DNA of 63,906 nucleotides, the filler included, from Octopus bimaculoides (Eukaryota), in assembly GCF_001194135.2 (NCBI RefSeq). It is 7 parts of 7 records of this genome, joined end to end, with 100 filler letters (N's around TTAATTAATTAA, not from the genome) between each part and the next. Parts side by side here need not be neighbours in the genome. Positions count along the whole stretch, not along the records: positions 29,374 to 52,478 come from NC_068992.1; 6 more parts are not named here. The stretch is one strand, 5' to 3'. Both the position numbers and the translations under genes were made by a program. Position 1 is the first letter of the stretch. Each line of letters begins with the position of its first letter. Shown here piece after piece: positions 38,356-51,800 of this stretch. The notes beneath the pieces were generated by a model. It searched no databases. It was not told the origin of the DNA and saw only the letters and a list, made by a program, of their open reading frames with translations.

Positions 38356-38775
38356 ATTTCTTTATTGCCCACAGGGGGCTAAACACAGAGGGGACAAACA
38401 AAGAGATTAAGTCGACTACATCGATCCCAGTGCGCAACTGGTACTTATTTAATCGACCCCGAAAAGATGAAAGGCAAAGTCGAACTCAGAACGTAACAGC
38501 AGACGAAATACCGCTGAGCATTTCGCCTGGCGTGCTAACGTTTCTTATTTCCTTATTGCCCACAAGGGATTAAACATAGAGGGGACAAACAAGGACAGAC
38601 ACAGGGATTAAGTCGATTACATCGACCCCAGTGCGTAACTGGTACTTAATTTATCGACCCCGAAAGGAGGAAAGGCAAAGTCAACCTCGGCGGAATTTGA
38701 ACTCAGAACGTAACGGCAGACGAAATACCGCCGAGCATTTCGCCTGGGGTGCTAACGTTTCTGCTAGCTCGCCGA
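38356..38775 (-). mobile_element. head-to-tail dimer of SINE family B
   Basis: Two consecutive units, each starting tt(t/c)cttattgcccaca on the plus strand (about 38356 and 38546). Confidence 0.9.
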
Positions 38776-38820
38776 CTTCTCAAGCAAGATGCATTAAAGC
38801 ATAGACATAATTTGTAGCAG

Positions 38821-38988
38821 AGGAGAATCGTCTATTATGAGCCCCAGAGCTGCCAGGTTACAGGATTTCAATCTACTGGACCTCCTCAGTGGCAACCGCC
38901 CGGCCACCGCTGCTTACCAGCTAAATCTCACCGCCAACGATATATGGAATTTCCATGTCTTTTCAGTCACCAATGTTGCAAATGACCA
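38821..38988 (+). CDS. candidate exon (GESSIMSPRAARLQDFNLLDLLSGNRPATAAYQLNLTANDIWNFHVFSVTNVAND)
   Basis: 168-nt GC-enriched phase 2-2 open frame ending at strong donor cca|gtaagt. The upstream acceptor is weak; a stronger internal acceptor at 38966 would give a 22-nt exon. Confidence 0.3.
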
Positions 38989-39534
38989 GTAAGTTTATTA
39001 AAAAATAATTAGAAGTGACAGATGCAGTATTAGTACCAAAAGATCTTCTATGATATATACATCCGTGCTTTTATGCACCAAGCTCCTGTATGAGAGCACC
39101 TCTTTAATCTAACAGCGCAGTATTCGGCGTTCTGACAAGACAATCCCGTTAAGTTGGATATAAAGATTACATTTACTCTACTTGGTTCAATGTAATGTTA
39201 ACAACTTGTTTAAATCGTAAACGAAGATCCGTGCCATTCGCACTCCCAACGATTTGATGGGAATTCAGAAATCGCAATGATGATTGTTACGTTTTTGTAT
39301 GGCAAAGATAGCTGGATGCATCAAGAAAAATAATCAGTGATCAACTAGCCTTACCAACTTAGCAAGTAAACCATAAACCATTACTTCATGATGAAGCAAA
39401 TTCACCGTTATTTCCACTAACAAAATCACAGTTAACAGTTCTTAAGACTCGCTTAGTGATATGGAAACAGAGAGAGAAAGTTCATATGTCCTAGATGTAG
39501 GTAATTCTTACAACTGTCAAGTCAGCTCAGATGT

Positions 39535-39907
39535 AGAGGCATGTGCATTGCTGCATTTACCATTTGTCAGTATATCCCCGGGTCCTCCCGGGCGACCCGT
39601 TAAGCAAAGTTCCAGTCAGACCCCATCTCGGCGAGATATTTCCTCATTTGCCATGACCATGTGGCATGTGGTCGAGAAGTCATGATCCGTCAACCCAGCC
39701 AGGTCATCAGTGAAGGGATCACGATAAGCAGTGTCTAACGTGGGAAATTGTGCAACATGGCCAAGCAGCTTGAGCTGCCGCTCTCGAATCATACAAGTAA
39801 CCGAACAATTCTCAGGACCACGGGTTTTAATTGGTCGGATTTCGTAGCCAACCAACGACATTGCTCAGAAACTTGGATACGTCCTGTTACTTGTGTGATT
39901 TCAGAGC
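39535..39907 (-). mobile_element. RTE-clade LINE 3' fragment with an inverted 5' segment
   Basis: Minus strand: VTCMIRERQLKLLGHVAQFP. Plus strand 39808-39906: ILRTTGFNWSDFVANQRHCSETWIRPVTCVISE. Confidence 0.75.
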
Positions 39908-40119
39908 TTAAAACAAACGAAAAGTTGGTAAATCAAGTTGAATGAAATTCCTTGATACATTGATTCACGGTTTAAAATTTAAAAAAATCAAAAGCAAAGT
40001 TACGTGGTCCTTCCAGAACGAAATTTCTTCATTCAAAAACTTTTCTAATTTTACCTCAATCATATGAAGAATCCATGGTTTTGAATGTTTGCTTCTGCAA
40101 TGGTATTAGTTCTCAGTGA

Positions 40120-40310
40120 GGATGGCGAGCAGGTTGAGAAAAATGCTTCGCAGCGTTTTCTCCGACTTTGTGTTCTGAGTTTAAATGTCACAGAAATCGA
40201 CATCACCCACTCTGAGTCGATAAAATAAGTACCAGTTAAACACTGGGGTCGATGTAATCGACTTACCCTCTCTCACAAAATTGCTGGCCTTGCGCCAAGA
40301 TTTGAAACTG
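40120..40310 (+). mobile_element. SINE family B
   Basis: ttctgagtttaaatg...gtcgataaaataagtaccagttaaacactggggtcgatgtaatcgacttaccc. Confidence 0.8.
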
Positions 40311-40331
40311 ATATTAGTTGTCAATGGTCCA

Positions 40332-40700
40332 ATGCAAGAGAGTGGCTGCAGGTATGAAGCCGGAAAGTGGAGATTGTTCATTGACTCTAGTAAAGCGATT
40401 TTTAAAGTTGGGTTGCCGCCCAAAACCGATAAGAAACCTTCTTATATGTAGCTTATATTGTTGATATTAACACGACACAGGAAAGTAACTTGGTTTGATT
40501 ACGCAAAAACAAAACCATGTTGGGAGCAGGGAGACTGGGTGTTTTTGCTTGTGCTAAATTTGGGCATGATTGGAAAATCTCGTTATCAGATCTGAATTCA
40601 GTTATGATTGATACAGTGGGAAATGGTTGTTCCAATTTCTATCACAGATAAAAAAACATAAAGTTAAGATTTATGGCGAAGTTGTTCTACACTTGCCGTT
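40332..40700 (+). mobile_element. Chapaev-like (CMC) DNA transposase relic
   Basis: MQESGCRYEAGKWRLFIDSSKAIFKVG...KPS contains the WRLFIDSSK motif I recognise from Chapaev3-type transposases; weaker similarity further downstream. Confidence 0.55.
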
Positions 40701-41869
40701 CAGACTGGAACCAAAATAAAATTGTCAGAAGCCTTCTACTTTGCCTCTTTTGCAAAAATCGTTACTTGCCACGCCATCCTCCCAACCTCCTCCCNNNNNN
40801 NNNNNNNNNNNNNNNNNNNNNNNNNNNNNNNNNNNNNNNNNNNNNNNNNNNNNNNNNNNNNNNNNNNNNNNNNNNNNNNNNNNNNNNNNNNNNNNNNNNN
40901 NNNNNNNNNNNNNNNNNNNNNNNNNNNNNNNNNNNNNNNNNNNNNNNNNNNNNNNNNNNNNNNNNNNNNNNNNNNNNNNNNNNNNNNNNNNNNNNNNNNN
41001 NNNNNNNNNNNNNNNNNNNNNNNNNNNNNNNNNNNNNNNNNNNNNNNNNNNNNNNNNNNNNNNNNNNNNNNNNNNNNNNNNNNNNNNNNNNNNNNNNNNN
41101 NNNNNNNNNNNNNNNNNNNNNNNNNNNNNNNNNNNNNNNNNNNNNNNNNNNNNNNNNNNNNNNNNNNNNNNNNNNNNNNNNNNNNNNNNNNNNNNNNNNN
41201 NNNNNNNNNNNNNNNNNNNNNNNNNNNNNNNNNNNNNNNNNNNNNNNNNNNNNNNNNNNNNNNNNNNNNNNNNNNNNNNNNNNNNNNNNNNNNNNNNNNN
41301 NNNNNNNNNNNNNNNNNNNNNNNNNNNNNNNNNNNNNNNNNNNNNNNNNNNNNNNNNNNNNNNNNNNNNNNNNNNNNNNNNNNNNNNNNNNNNNNNNNNN
41401 NNNNATATATATGTACATATATATGTACATATGTACATATATATGTACATATGTACATATATATGTACATATTGTATATATACGTGTGTGTATATGCGTA
41501 TGTGGAGCGTGGCGTGGGGTAAAGTTTTTGGCGAAGATATCAAAAGAAATGGTTAAACTGGTATTTCTTCCTTAGTCACTAATTGCAGGGTAGCAAAGAG
41601 TTACTTAATGAATGAAGAAATTAGTTAAAAAAAAAAAACATAATGAAAAAGGCAAAAAAGAGCAAAAAAAAAATAAATAAAGCAAAACACAAATAGCAAT
41701 TAATTTAGAAAAACAAAATAACAGGACATAAATAAGAAGATAAATATATATAAATTCTAAATATTTCACTAATTTCCTGCGTAATTTTAAACGACAGACA
41801 ATTTTGAAAAAAATGGTAATTTACATTTCAAGGGTAGGAATGGAAATGTAAACCACAGCAGCAGCAGAA

Positions 41870-41875
41870 TGCATC

Positions 41876-41930
<55 letters not shown>

Positions 41931-42480
41931 ACAATATAAATTCTTCTTCTTCTTCTTCTTCTTCTTCTTCTTCTTCTTCTTCTTCTTCTTCTTCTTCTTC
42001 TTCTTCTTCTTCTTCTTCTTCTTCTTCTTCTTCTTCTTCTTCTTCGTCGTCGTCGTCGTCGTCGTCATCATCACCACCACCACCACCACCATCATTATCA
42101 TAATCATGATAATCGTCATCGCCATCGTCATAGTAGTCGTCGTCCTCATGAAAACTAGCAAAGCACCAGCTACGTCATCTTTACTACCATCATTAAAAAC
42201 ATTAACATCAGAAACAAGAATATCATCATAGTCGCAATCTTTGTCATCATCACCGCCATCATCAACATCCTCGTCCATCTTCATCGCCATCATCATCATC
42301 ATCTTCATCATCACCATCACCATCATCATGATCCTCGTCCATCATCGTCATCATCATCATCATCATCGTCGTCATCATCATCGTTATCGTCATCGTCATC
42401 ACCGTCGTCATCACCATCATCATCGTCATCATAACCACCTTTATCATCAATAACAGCAACAGCGACAGTAACTTCATTAT
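41870..42480. repeat. compound triplet array (CAT)n-(TTC)35-(GTC)n-(CAT/CAC)n
   Basis: Direct reading; pure TTC run at 41941-42045. Confidence 0.95.
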
Positions 42481-42954
42481 CACCAACGAAAGCATCTCCG
42501 CCAACACTGTCAGCAACCAGGTCAAGTTCTTGTTACGCCTGTTTCTATGATAAGTGCTAAGTTGCTCCATTAATGAATAGTTATGCAAAAAACAAAAAAC
42601 AAAAAAACATAAAAAAGAAAACGACGTGAAATTCTTTGTTTTTTCAACCCAGTTTTATATATTTATTTTTCCTTTTTAGAGAGAGATTCTCCTCTGATAT
42701 ATTGCAGCTCTAAAAATATTAGGCAATATGGCGGAAAGAAAAGTTTTTAAAAAATGGTTAAGATAGCAAAATAGTTAAGATCGCAAATGAATGAGCCTTG
42801 AATTCAAATGAAGAACGAACATACGATAGGTTTAACGACTGCAAAAGACAGTAAATCTGATACAGAAAGAACAAATTGTTGTCATGCCAACTGTGTTTTA
42901 CAATTTCAAATTTTCTGTTCTCAAAATTTAAGTTATAGTATTTTATCGCAATGA

Positions 42955-43165
42955 AGGCGACGAGCTGGTAGAATCGTTAGCACGCCAGGCAAAATGCTTA
43001 ACGGTATTGGGTACGCTCTGAGTTCAAATCTCACGGGGAATCAACTTTGTTTTTTATCCTTTCGGGGTTGATAAAATAAATACCAGTTGAGCACGGGAAT
43101 CAATGTAATCGACTTATCCCACCTCCTCTGAATTTGCTGATCTTATGCCAAAGATTTGAAACCAG
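42955..43165 (+). mobile_element. SINE family B
   Basis: aaggcgacgagctggtagaatcgttagcacgcc...ctgagttcaaatc. Confidence 0.85.
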
Positions 43166-44757
43166 TATCCTTCCAGTACTGATGTGGCATTAAATTAGAT
43201 CATTCAACAGAAGAGTAGAGATTAAGTATTTTTTGATATCTGACTCCATAAGCTAAACCGACGTGAATTATCCGCCTTTTCCTTTCTCCGCCATTTTTGT
43301 TCTATTTAAATAACCCGGCAATTAAGGACACAGTTTTATTAAATCAGTTTGGTCTGTTTGAGTATGGTAATGAATTGAAGCAATTAACTTAATGGGCTTC
43401 ACCCCAGGAGAAGCCTAAAATGTGTTCTTTTTACCAGAAGTTTTATAAATAAGCTGCTAAAAAGTCGGTATATATATACTATCCATTGACTCACTTTATG
43501 CATGCGTAATCATTTTGAGATAAAAAAAAAGTCTGTCATTTAATTTTGGAGATTCGATATTAAAGACGATTGCTTTTAATAAATTCATTTGTCCGGCTGC
43601 AAAAGTACATTTGAAAGAGAATAAGAGATTTTAATAGATAATTTAAATTAATTTAGTTTTGAATTATTAAAATCATTCAGGACAGAAATGTCAGGAAAAT
43701 ATCGAGTTAATAGTTTGGAGATTTTAAGAGGTTACCAGTAATGGATTTTAGGAGGGAAGACTTCGCGCTGTGTAAATTTGGTACTGTGAATTGCTAACCC
43801 TAATTAGAAAAAATAAATAAATAAATAAATAAAAGAAAAAATGGCGTATATCCTATATTTATAATTAAGCAAGCTAAATCAAAACTAGAAAATAAAAGTA
43901 CTATATAAACTTAAAAATAAAAACGTTTGACATTCTTGTAGTCCGCTTTCAATCTGACATTTTCTCAAAAAACCCACTTATCTGGGTTTCGACTGATATG
44001 TATGTACATAGTGTATGCAGATATAATATGCATACGTGTATGCATATAATAAATATATGTAAATGTAAGTCTTCGCACACTCATACGCACACACACACAC
44101 ATATATGGGTTTATGTACATACAAACACACATATATAATTTATATATGTACGTGTATATATATGTATATAAATATGTATGTATATATATATATATATATA
44201 TNNNNNNNNNNNNNNNNNNNNNNNNNNNNNNNNNNNNNNNNNNNNNNNNNNNNNNNNNNNNNNNNNNNNNNNNNNNNNNNNNNNNNNNNNNNNNNNNNNN
44301 NNNNNNNNNNNNNNNNNNNNNNNNNNNNNNNNNNNNNNNNNNNNNNNNNNNNNNNNNNNNNNNNNNNNNNNNNNNNNNNNNNNNNNNNNNNNNNNNNNNN
44401 NNNNNNNNNNNNNNNNNNNNNNNNNNNNNNNNNNNNNNNNNNNNNNNNNNNNNNNNNNNNNNNNNNNNNNNNNNNNNNNNNNNNNNNNNNNNNNNNNNNN
44501 NNNNNNNNNNNNNNNNNNNNNNNNNNNNNNNNNNNNNNNNNNNNNNNNNNNNNNNNNNNNNNNNNNNNNNNNNNNNNNNNNNNNNNNNNNNNNNNNNNNN
44601 NNNNNNNNNNNNNNNNNNNNNNNNNNNNNNNNNNNNNNNNNNNNNNNNNNNNNNNNNNNNNNNNNNNNNNNNNNNNNNNNNNNNNNNNNNNNNNNNNNNN
44701 NNNNNNNNNNNNNNNNNNNNNNNNNNNNNNNNATATATATATATATACACATGCATA

Positions 44758-44978
44758 TCTGGGTACAGGACGTCACCAACAGTAAACAACATGAAATACG
44801 AAAGCAAATGAGTTCAATACGCAAACAACGAGAGAAACAAATGGAAAACAGGACAAGTAACATAAAGAATGGCCCTTCATCAGTTGTCGGCTGTCTATCT
44901 ACTCAATTTCGAGCATTGAACGACAATATGAGTCTTCGAAGACAGTTGTTTTAAAGTTGGGAACAACAACAGGACAGT
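44758..44978. repeat. dispersed repeat, copy 2 of 2
   Basis: Colinear with 17752-18015. Confidence 0.85.
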
Positions 44979-45007
44979 GGAACAATACAAGGAAACCAAA
45001 CGGAAAC

Positions 45008-45410
45008 AGACATATTAGCTTCAAGGTTCATCCAAGGCTGGGACCACGGGCCATACGTCCTCTGCCTAATTCAAGATAACAACGTGTGGTTACACTCCGA
45101 CACAATTTCTTTTCCTCAACAGGCTCTGCCCTATTTAACATTGTCTCAAAGCTGATCAAAGAGGAAACGGATCCCGTCACCTTTAAACGGATTCTGGACA
45201 AATTTCTTCAAGCAATACCAAATAAGCCACCCATACCTGGATACAACTCACTCAACAAGAACTCCCTACCTGAATGGACCATGATACCACAAAATTTGAC
45301 TTAAAAAGGACTTAGATAATCCTATCAGGTGATGCTATTAAGTTAGACATGACCTGAACCAATCTTTGGTCGAAACATATCTCAGTTTATCTAAGTTTAT
45401 ATAAGTTTAT
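45008..45410 (+). mobile_element. CR1-like LINE 3' end (ORF2 C-terminus, 3' UTR, short tandem tail)
   Basis: FKVHPRLGPRAIRP...TLRHNFFSSTGSALFN...FKRILDKFLQAIPNKPPIPGYNSLNKNSLPEW; tail agtttatcta-agtttatata-agtttata. Confidence 0.8.
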
Positions 45411-45495
45411 AGAAATATGTTTGTATATATGTTTGCGTGTGTGTGTGTAGGTGTGTGTGTTAGTGCGTGTGTGTGTGTGTGTGTGTAGGTGTAAA

Positions 45496-45527
<32 letters not shown>

Positions 45528-46732
45528 TGTGTATACGAACTTTAGGTTAGTTAGAACATGCTTTTACATATTTCAACTTCTAATGGCAAACTGACTGCAG
45601 TTACCGTGGAAAAACAAATTCTCTCTTATGGTAAAGATGTAAAACCACCACATCTGTACAGTGCTACCCTCTAGTGGTTTGTCAGACGCACGTTTCTTGC
45701 TCTTTGGCCTTCCTCCATAGGAAATACTGAAGAGAGATAACTCTGGGCAGTTTCAAAGCCGTAGCTTTATCTAAAAGCGATCAACAGCATATATATAAAA
45801 TAAGACGAGAACATCTCGGTTGGAACAGGCCGTGTGTCTTTTTTCTAGTTTTCGGACATAAAATTAAACTATAAAGTGTACCATATTTGTTTAAGGGGTA
45901 TTTTCGGACATGGGGAGATTTTGGTTGCTAAGTGTAGAACATTAAGGATCGTATGACAACATCAGTTTTTTTCTTTTGTCTCGTTGATAACTTTGAATTT
46001 GATGTTATAGGTTTATCAACTTTGCAAGTAAACAAGTAAGTCACACACAATTTTATAAGTATATAAATGTATATACTTATATAATGCTCCATCAAAAAAC
46101 AAGCAACAATGAACAAATAAGAAATCCCCAAAATAATTTTTAAAAAAATACTCTACTACTGGTACAAAGAAATGACAAGGAAAAGGGTGTGAACGTATTA
46201 TTACCCATGCTAAGATGAAAAAAATGTAGATAAATAGTTAATGTATTGTGTCATAGAAAAGAAAAAATGAGTGATAGTTATACATGAATGTATGAATGTT
46301 CAGCAAGAGTGCATGATTTACGAGAACTCGATACAGGAGAGGTCCCAGCAGAGTAATGATTCACCGAAAAACAAAACATCTGCAGTTTTACAATGACGTT
46401 TAAATAAACAATATTCGGTAATATTAATAACTTATTCAATACACGCATTTCGCACACATACATATGTATTCATAATTATACACACGGCACAAACACGTAC
46501 ACGCTCGCTCAAATACTAGAACGAGAACATATGTACACACACATAAGCACGGAAATAAAATAAGCTACGTATATGTTTGTATGTGTATGCACATATATAT
46601 GTATATATATATGCATGTATATATGTATATATATGGATATGCATATATNNNNNNNNNNNNNNNNNNNNNNNNNNNNNNNNNNNNNNNNNNNNNNNNNNNN
46701 NNNNNNNNNNNNNNNNNNNNNNNNNNNNNNNN

Positions 46733-46778
<46 letters not shown>

Positions 46779-46933
46779 CATGTCTGCATATCTGCATATT
46801 GTATCATGCACAAGATATGTACATGTCTATGCTATAAATAGTTTACATTGGGATACAATACAACCAAACTCATCTAACAATGAATTTCACTGTGTACTTT
46901 TGTGTTCAATTTCCGAGTCGTACTCCCGGCCCG

Positions 46934-46990
<57 letters not shown>

Positions 46991-47138
46991 GAGCGACGAC
47001 GAAATCTACTACATATCTACAGTCAACCCTCCCCGCAAATACATGTTAATCATGCATAAATGCACACACATTTACATATGTAAATATACCTGTGTATATG
47101 CTTATATATATATATATATATATATATACGTATATAGA

Positions 47139-47570
47139 CAGGCGTGGCTGTGTGGTAAGAAGATTATTTCCAACCACATGCTTCTGGATTCAGTTTCACC
47201 ACGTGGCACTTTGGGCAAGTGTTTTCTACTATATCTTCGAGTCGACCAATGCCCTGTGGGTGAATTGGTCGACGGAAACAGAAAGAAGCCTGTCGTGTAT
47301 ATATATACGACGGGCTTATATTCACGCACACACGTGTGTGTGTGCGTGAATGTATGTGTGTGTGTCCATGTTTGTCCTGCACGATCGCTTGACAACCGGT
47401 ATTGATGTGTTTACGGCCCAGCAATATTGCGGTTCGGCAAAAAAGACTAGTTGAATAAGTACTAAGCTTTAAAAAAAAAAAAAGTACTTGGGTCGATTCG
47501 TTCGACTAAAATTCTTAAAGGCAGCGCTCTAGTATGGCAGCAGTCAACTGATTGAAACAAAAAAAAGTTA
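47139..47570 (+). mobile_element. SINE family A, full length
   Basis: Head, internal (TG)n and 3' end are all present. Confidence 0.9.
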
Positions 47571-47574
47571 AAAG

Positions 47575-47610
<36 letters not shown>

Positions 47611-48299
47611 ACACACATGTATATACATGTATATCAGCATATACGTACACACTCGTATGACTTGTTATGATAACAATTTATATATTTATTTTATTTTATT
47701 CTATTTTATTTTATTGTCAGCGGGCACTGAAATCATCCTTGAATTACTCCTCTAATACTCGTCGGTAAACCATCCTGTTTGACCTTCGACCCAGGGGGGA
47801 TATAAAAACTCAAACTCTCCCAATGTCACATCTTAATGTCTTCATTTACGACATATAAAACCTGACATAGAAATCAATACAACCAGAAAAATTAATTCTA
47901 GTATTCGCAGAGAAATTCTTATAATGTTCCGTTTTAGTATTTAGTTTTCAAGATTTTTGAGAGGGACTTGTGTGTTGAGGACATATTTTGTTGTATCTTG
48001 GGAGGGTCCTGATGCCAATTATAAACACACACACTGATTCTTTTTCATCTCTTTTATTATTACTTTTATATTGGTTAAATATGTAACCATTTAACTAATC
48101 AGTGTTTTGATGAATCGTTTCCGTCAATTAATTAACTAGGTTTATCAAAATACTTTTGCTGTCATTAAGGATCTCGATGATATTCCCCCTCTGTAATCTG
48201 GGTCTACTAGTCCTTCCTACGATAAAGAAAAGCTCTAAAACTTTGAGAGAAAGTGTTAGTTAGCTACATCGATGACAACTGTTGACTGATATTAATTTC

Positions 48300-48632
48300 A
48301 TAGGCCCTGAAAACATAAAAGGCAAAGTCGACCTAAGCGACATTTGAACTCAGGACGTAAACCCAAAAGAAATATTTCCAAGAATTTTGAGAGGCGTGCT
48401 AACGCTTCTGCCAGCCTGCCTCCATCTTCAGCCCTAATAATATTTTCTACAAGAAGCACAAGGCCCGAAATCTGGGGGAGAGAGATAGTCGATTACATCG
48501 ACCACAGTACTCAGCTGGTACTTGATTTATCGACCCCGAAAGGATGAAAGTCAAAGTCGACATCGGCAGAATTTGAATTCAGAACGTAGCGACTGGCAAA
48601 ATACCGCTAAGCATTTCGTCCGGCGTGCTAAC
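48300..48632 (-). mobile_element. two adjacent SINE family B pieces
   Basis: aaaggcaaagtcgacc... at about 48320 and gaccccgaaaggatgaaagtcaaagtcgac at about 48533. Confidence 0.85.
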
Positions 48633-50337
48633 TTCAAGTCTAATAATAACAAACCAATCATCATGGAAAACGTTAGACTGAATAACAATTTTGAAGTTTT
48701 CGAGGTAAGCTCATAAATTATAGGGGACGCTTATCTTCATGCTGGTCATTCGTTAGCTGTCATATTTGAATGTAAATGATGTGACGTTAAACTTGACTTT
48801 TGCATGTGAATGCTAACGTCTTTCAATGGCGCTGTTATCGTTTCACACATTGTTGTTGTAGGTGTTGTTGCGGTCGTTTAGCTCCCCCTATCGAAATCCT
48901 ACCAACCATATCTGAAGACTATCAGCTATGTCTACACATATTGGAATTAGTTTAATATCTCGGATGTTACAATGTTATCTATTTCAATAATCTAGAATTT
49001 TCGCAGCATGGTGCTAATGGGCGTAACAGTATGTTTTCCCTTCTGGATTACACCAAAATCTCCAGAAGATCATTTTGGATTCACCCCTCCCTGACACACT
49101 GTGTAAACTATAATCTATCGAGAAAAAACACACCGCCGTTATACATACATATACCTACCTAGCTACATACATACGCACATACATACATGCATACGTGCAT
49201 ACATACACACAGATACATATATATATATACTTATATGCATACATACATTCATGCATGCATATATATACATACACACACACGCATACATACATACATACAT
49301 ACATACTCGCTTTCATTTATACACACACACTTTCGTAAGTATATATGTAGTTATATCCATCAAAACAGAGGGGTAACGTTATATATAGACATGTCCGTGT
49401 GTGTGCGTGTGTACGTGTGTGTGCGTGTGTGTGTGTGTGTGTGTATGTTTGTGTGTGTGTGCGCGTGTGTGAGTTTGTACGATCGTGTATATGAGCGCGT
49501 GTGAAATTTGTAGAACTCTTGTGTATTTTGTGCTACAAGTGATAAAAATAAATTGTCAATTAGCTGGAACTGGAAAATGTTAAAACAGAACAGCATTACG
49601 AACAAAAACAAACACGAAAAAAAAACAAGTAAAATACAACGTGCAATACAAGGAAGATGATTAATATAAAATATGGAAGAATATTACAGAGAGATAAGGA
49701 CAGAGAGAGAGAGAGAGAGAGAGAGANNNNNNNNNNNNNNNNNNNNNNNNNNNNNNNNNNNNNNNNNNNNNNNNNNNNNNNNNNNNNNNNNNNNNNNNNN
49801 NNNNNNNNNNNNNNNNNNNNNNNNNNNNNNNNNNNNNNNNNNNNNNNNNNNNNNNNNNNNNNNNNNNNNNNNNNNNNNNNNNNNNNNNNNNNNNNNNNNN
49901 NNNNNNNNNNNNNNNNNNNNNNNNNNNNNNNNNNNNNNNNNNNNNNNNNNNNNNNNNNNNNNNNNNNNNNNNNNNNNNNNNNNNNNNNNNNNNNNNNNNN
50001 NNNNNNNNNNNNNNNNNNNNNNNNNNNNNNNNNNNNNNNNNNNNNNNNNNNNNNNNNNNNNNNNNNNNNNNNNNNNNNNNNNNNNNNNNNNNNNNNNNNN
50101 NNNNNNNNNNNNNNNNNNNNNNNNNNNNNNNNNNNNNNNNNNNNNNNNNNNNNNNNNNNNNNNNNNNNNNNNNNNNNNNNNNNNNNNNNNNNNNNNNNNN
50201 NNNNNNNNNNNNNNNNNNNNNNNNNNNNNNNNNNNNNNNNNNNNNNNNNNNNNNNNNNNNNNNNNNNNNNNNNNNNNNNNNNNNNNNNNNNNNNNNNNNN
50301 NNNNNNNNNNNNNNNNNNNNNNNNNNNNNNNNNNNNN

Positions 50338-50408
<71 letters not shown>

Positions 50409-51800
50409 TGTGTGTGTGTGTATGTATATATATATGTATATATATATATATATGTGTCCATATGTACTCGTGTAATTATTTCCAGGTGATATCTCGCGTT
50501 ATATGTTCAACATAACCCAAGATAATCTGTAATGGCATATCTTGCACGCTAATTCTCACGTTTTTCTTTCATTAAACCGTTTCAAACATGGAAACACGAG
50601 ATTCTCCATGAAAACTTTGTTGGAGTTGGGAGAGGTAGGTTCGGTATCGTGTTCTCTAACTTTTTTCAATTGAGGAATTACAAGAATAAAAATAACTAAA
50701 AATAACAGAAAACGAAAATAAAAAGCAATCACAAAAGAAATGCTAGACTTTGTTCTTGGTAATGATGTTGACATCATTGCTGGGTAACCCCTCGTGATCA
50801 CTGATCGCCAGAGCTCTGCTAAAAATAATAGAAAGACTTTTAACTATGATCACTTCCCTTCCACCTCAGCAAGCCCTTACTGTGTGCTTCTTTCTTTTAA
50901 AAGCAGCTTGAAGAAGATGTACCTGCTCTTACTTGCTTGTTGAGCGACCACGCGTAACGTTCTCTCATTAGCTCCCAAAATTAGCATAATCAGTTGGTAG
51001 AGCGTGGTTGTTAGGGCGGAATCATTAGAGCATCGGATAAAATAACTTGCGAATATTTTGTTACATCCAGTTATATTTCTGAGTTCTAGGCAGTTAATTA
51101 GTAGACATTAAAATGTCGGATAGAAAGCCTTGCAGTATTTGTTCTGAGTCCTTGCGCCTAGAGATCCAATCTCTGGAAGGACACCTTTGCGTGTCATTCT
51201 TTTGATGTAAAAATTTACCAATCCAAAGCGGTTGGCTGGTGGAACTGTGATAATGTTGGACTCGGTGCCTTGTGATATTTGTTCCCAACTGGGTGGTAGA
51301 CTTAATTCCTGACCTGCTTTAATACCACCAGCTTTGGTGCCTTCTATTGCAAGCATTTAAGCCAGGACTATCGTTTGAAGATAACTTCCTCTCACTTGGC
51401 ATTTTCGATAGCTTCAGCTGACCTATATTTTGTGAGTGGCATAGGGTTGCTACAGGACATTTGCTGGGTAAGAATCCCCACTGCTGATGAAAGTGGATTA
51501 TTTATAATTATATCCAACGAAAATAATAACGATTAGCACCCACTGAAAAAAAAAAACAAAAACAAAAAAAAAAACGAGAATTCATCTCCAGACCAGGACG
51601 GCACTAAAAAACAGTTGTGATCTATGCTTCGTGGGATATGGATGGTGTCGATTTTTTCATGTGTTAAAGCAAACCGTTCATTAGAAATATTGTTGTCGGT
51701 TGGAAGTATTGCACAAATTTTGCAGCAAAAACGCCCACCATCGGTCAATCATAAAGGGGTGCTGATCTTACACGACAATGCGATGGCTTGTATTGCCCAA

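Noticed and set aside
45340-45385. Hammerhead in the CR1-like 3' UTR (cctgaaccaatctttggtcgaaac)
   Set aside because: No CUGANGA core; better explained as a LINE 3' stem-loop.
45721-45774. Candidate terminal exon EILKRDNSGQFQSRSFI*
   Set aside because: Supported only by an acceptor.
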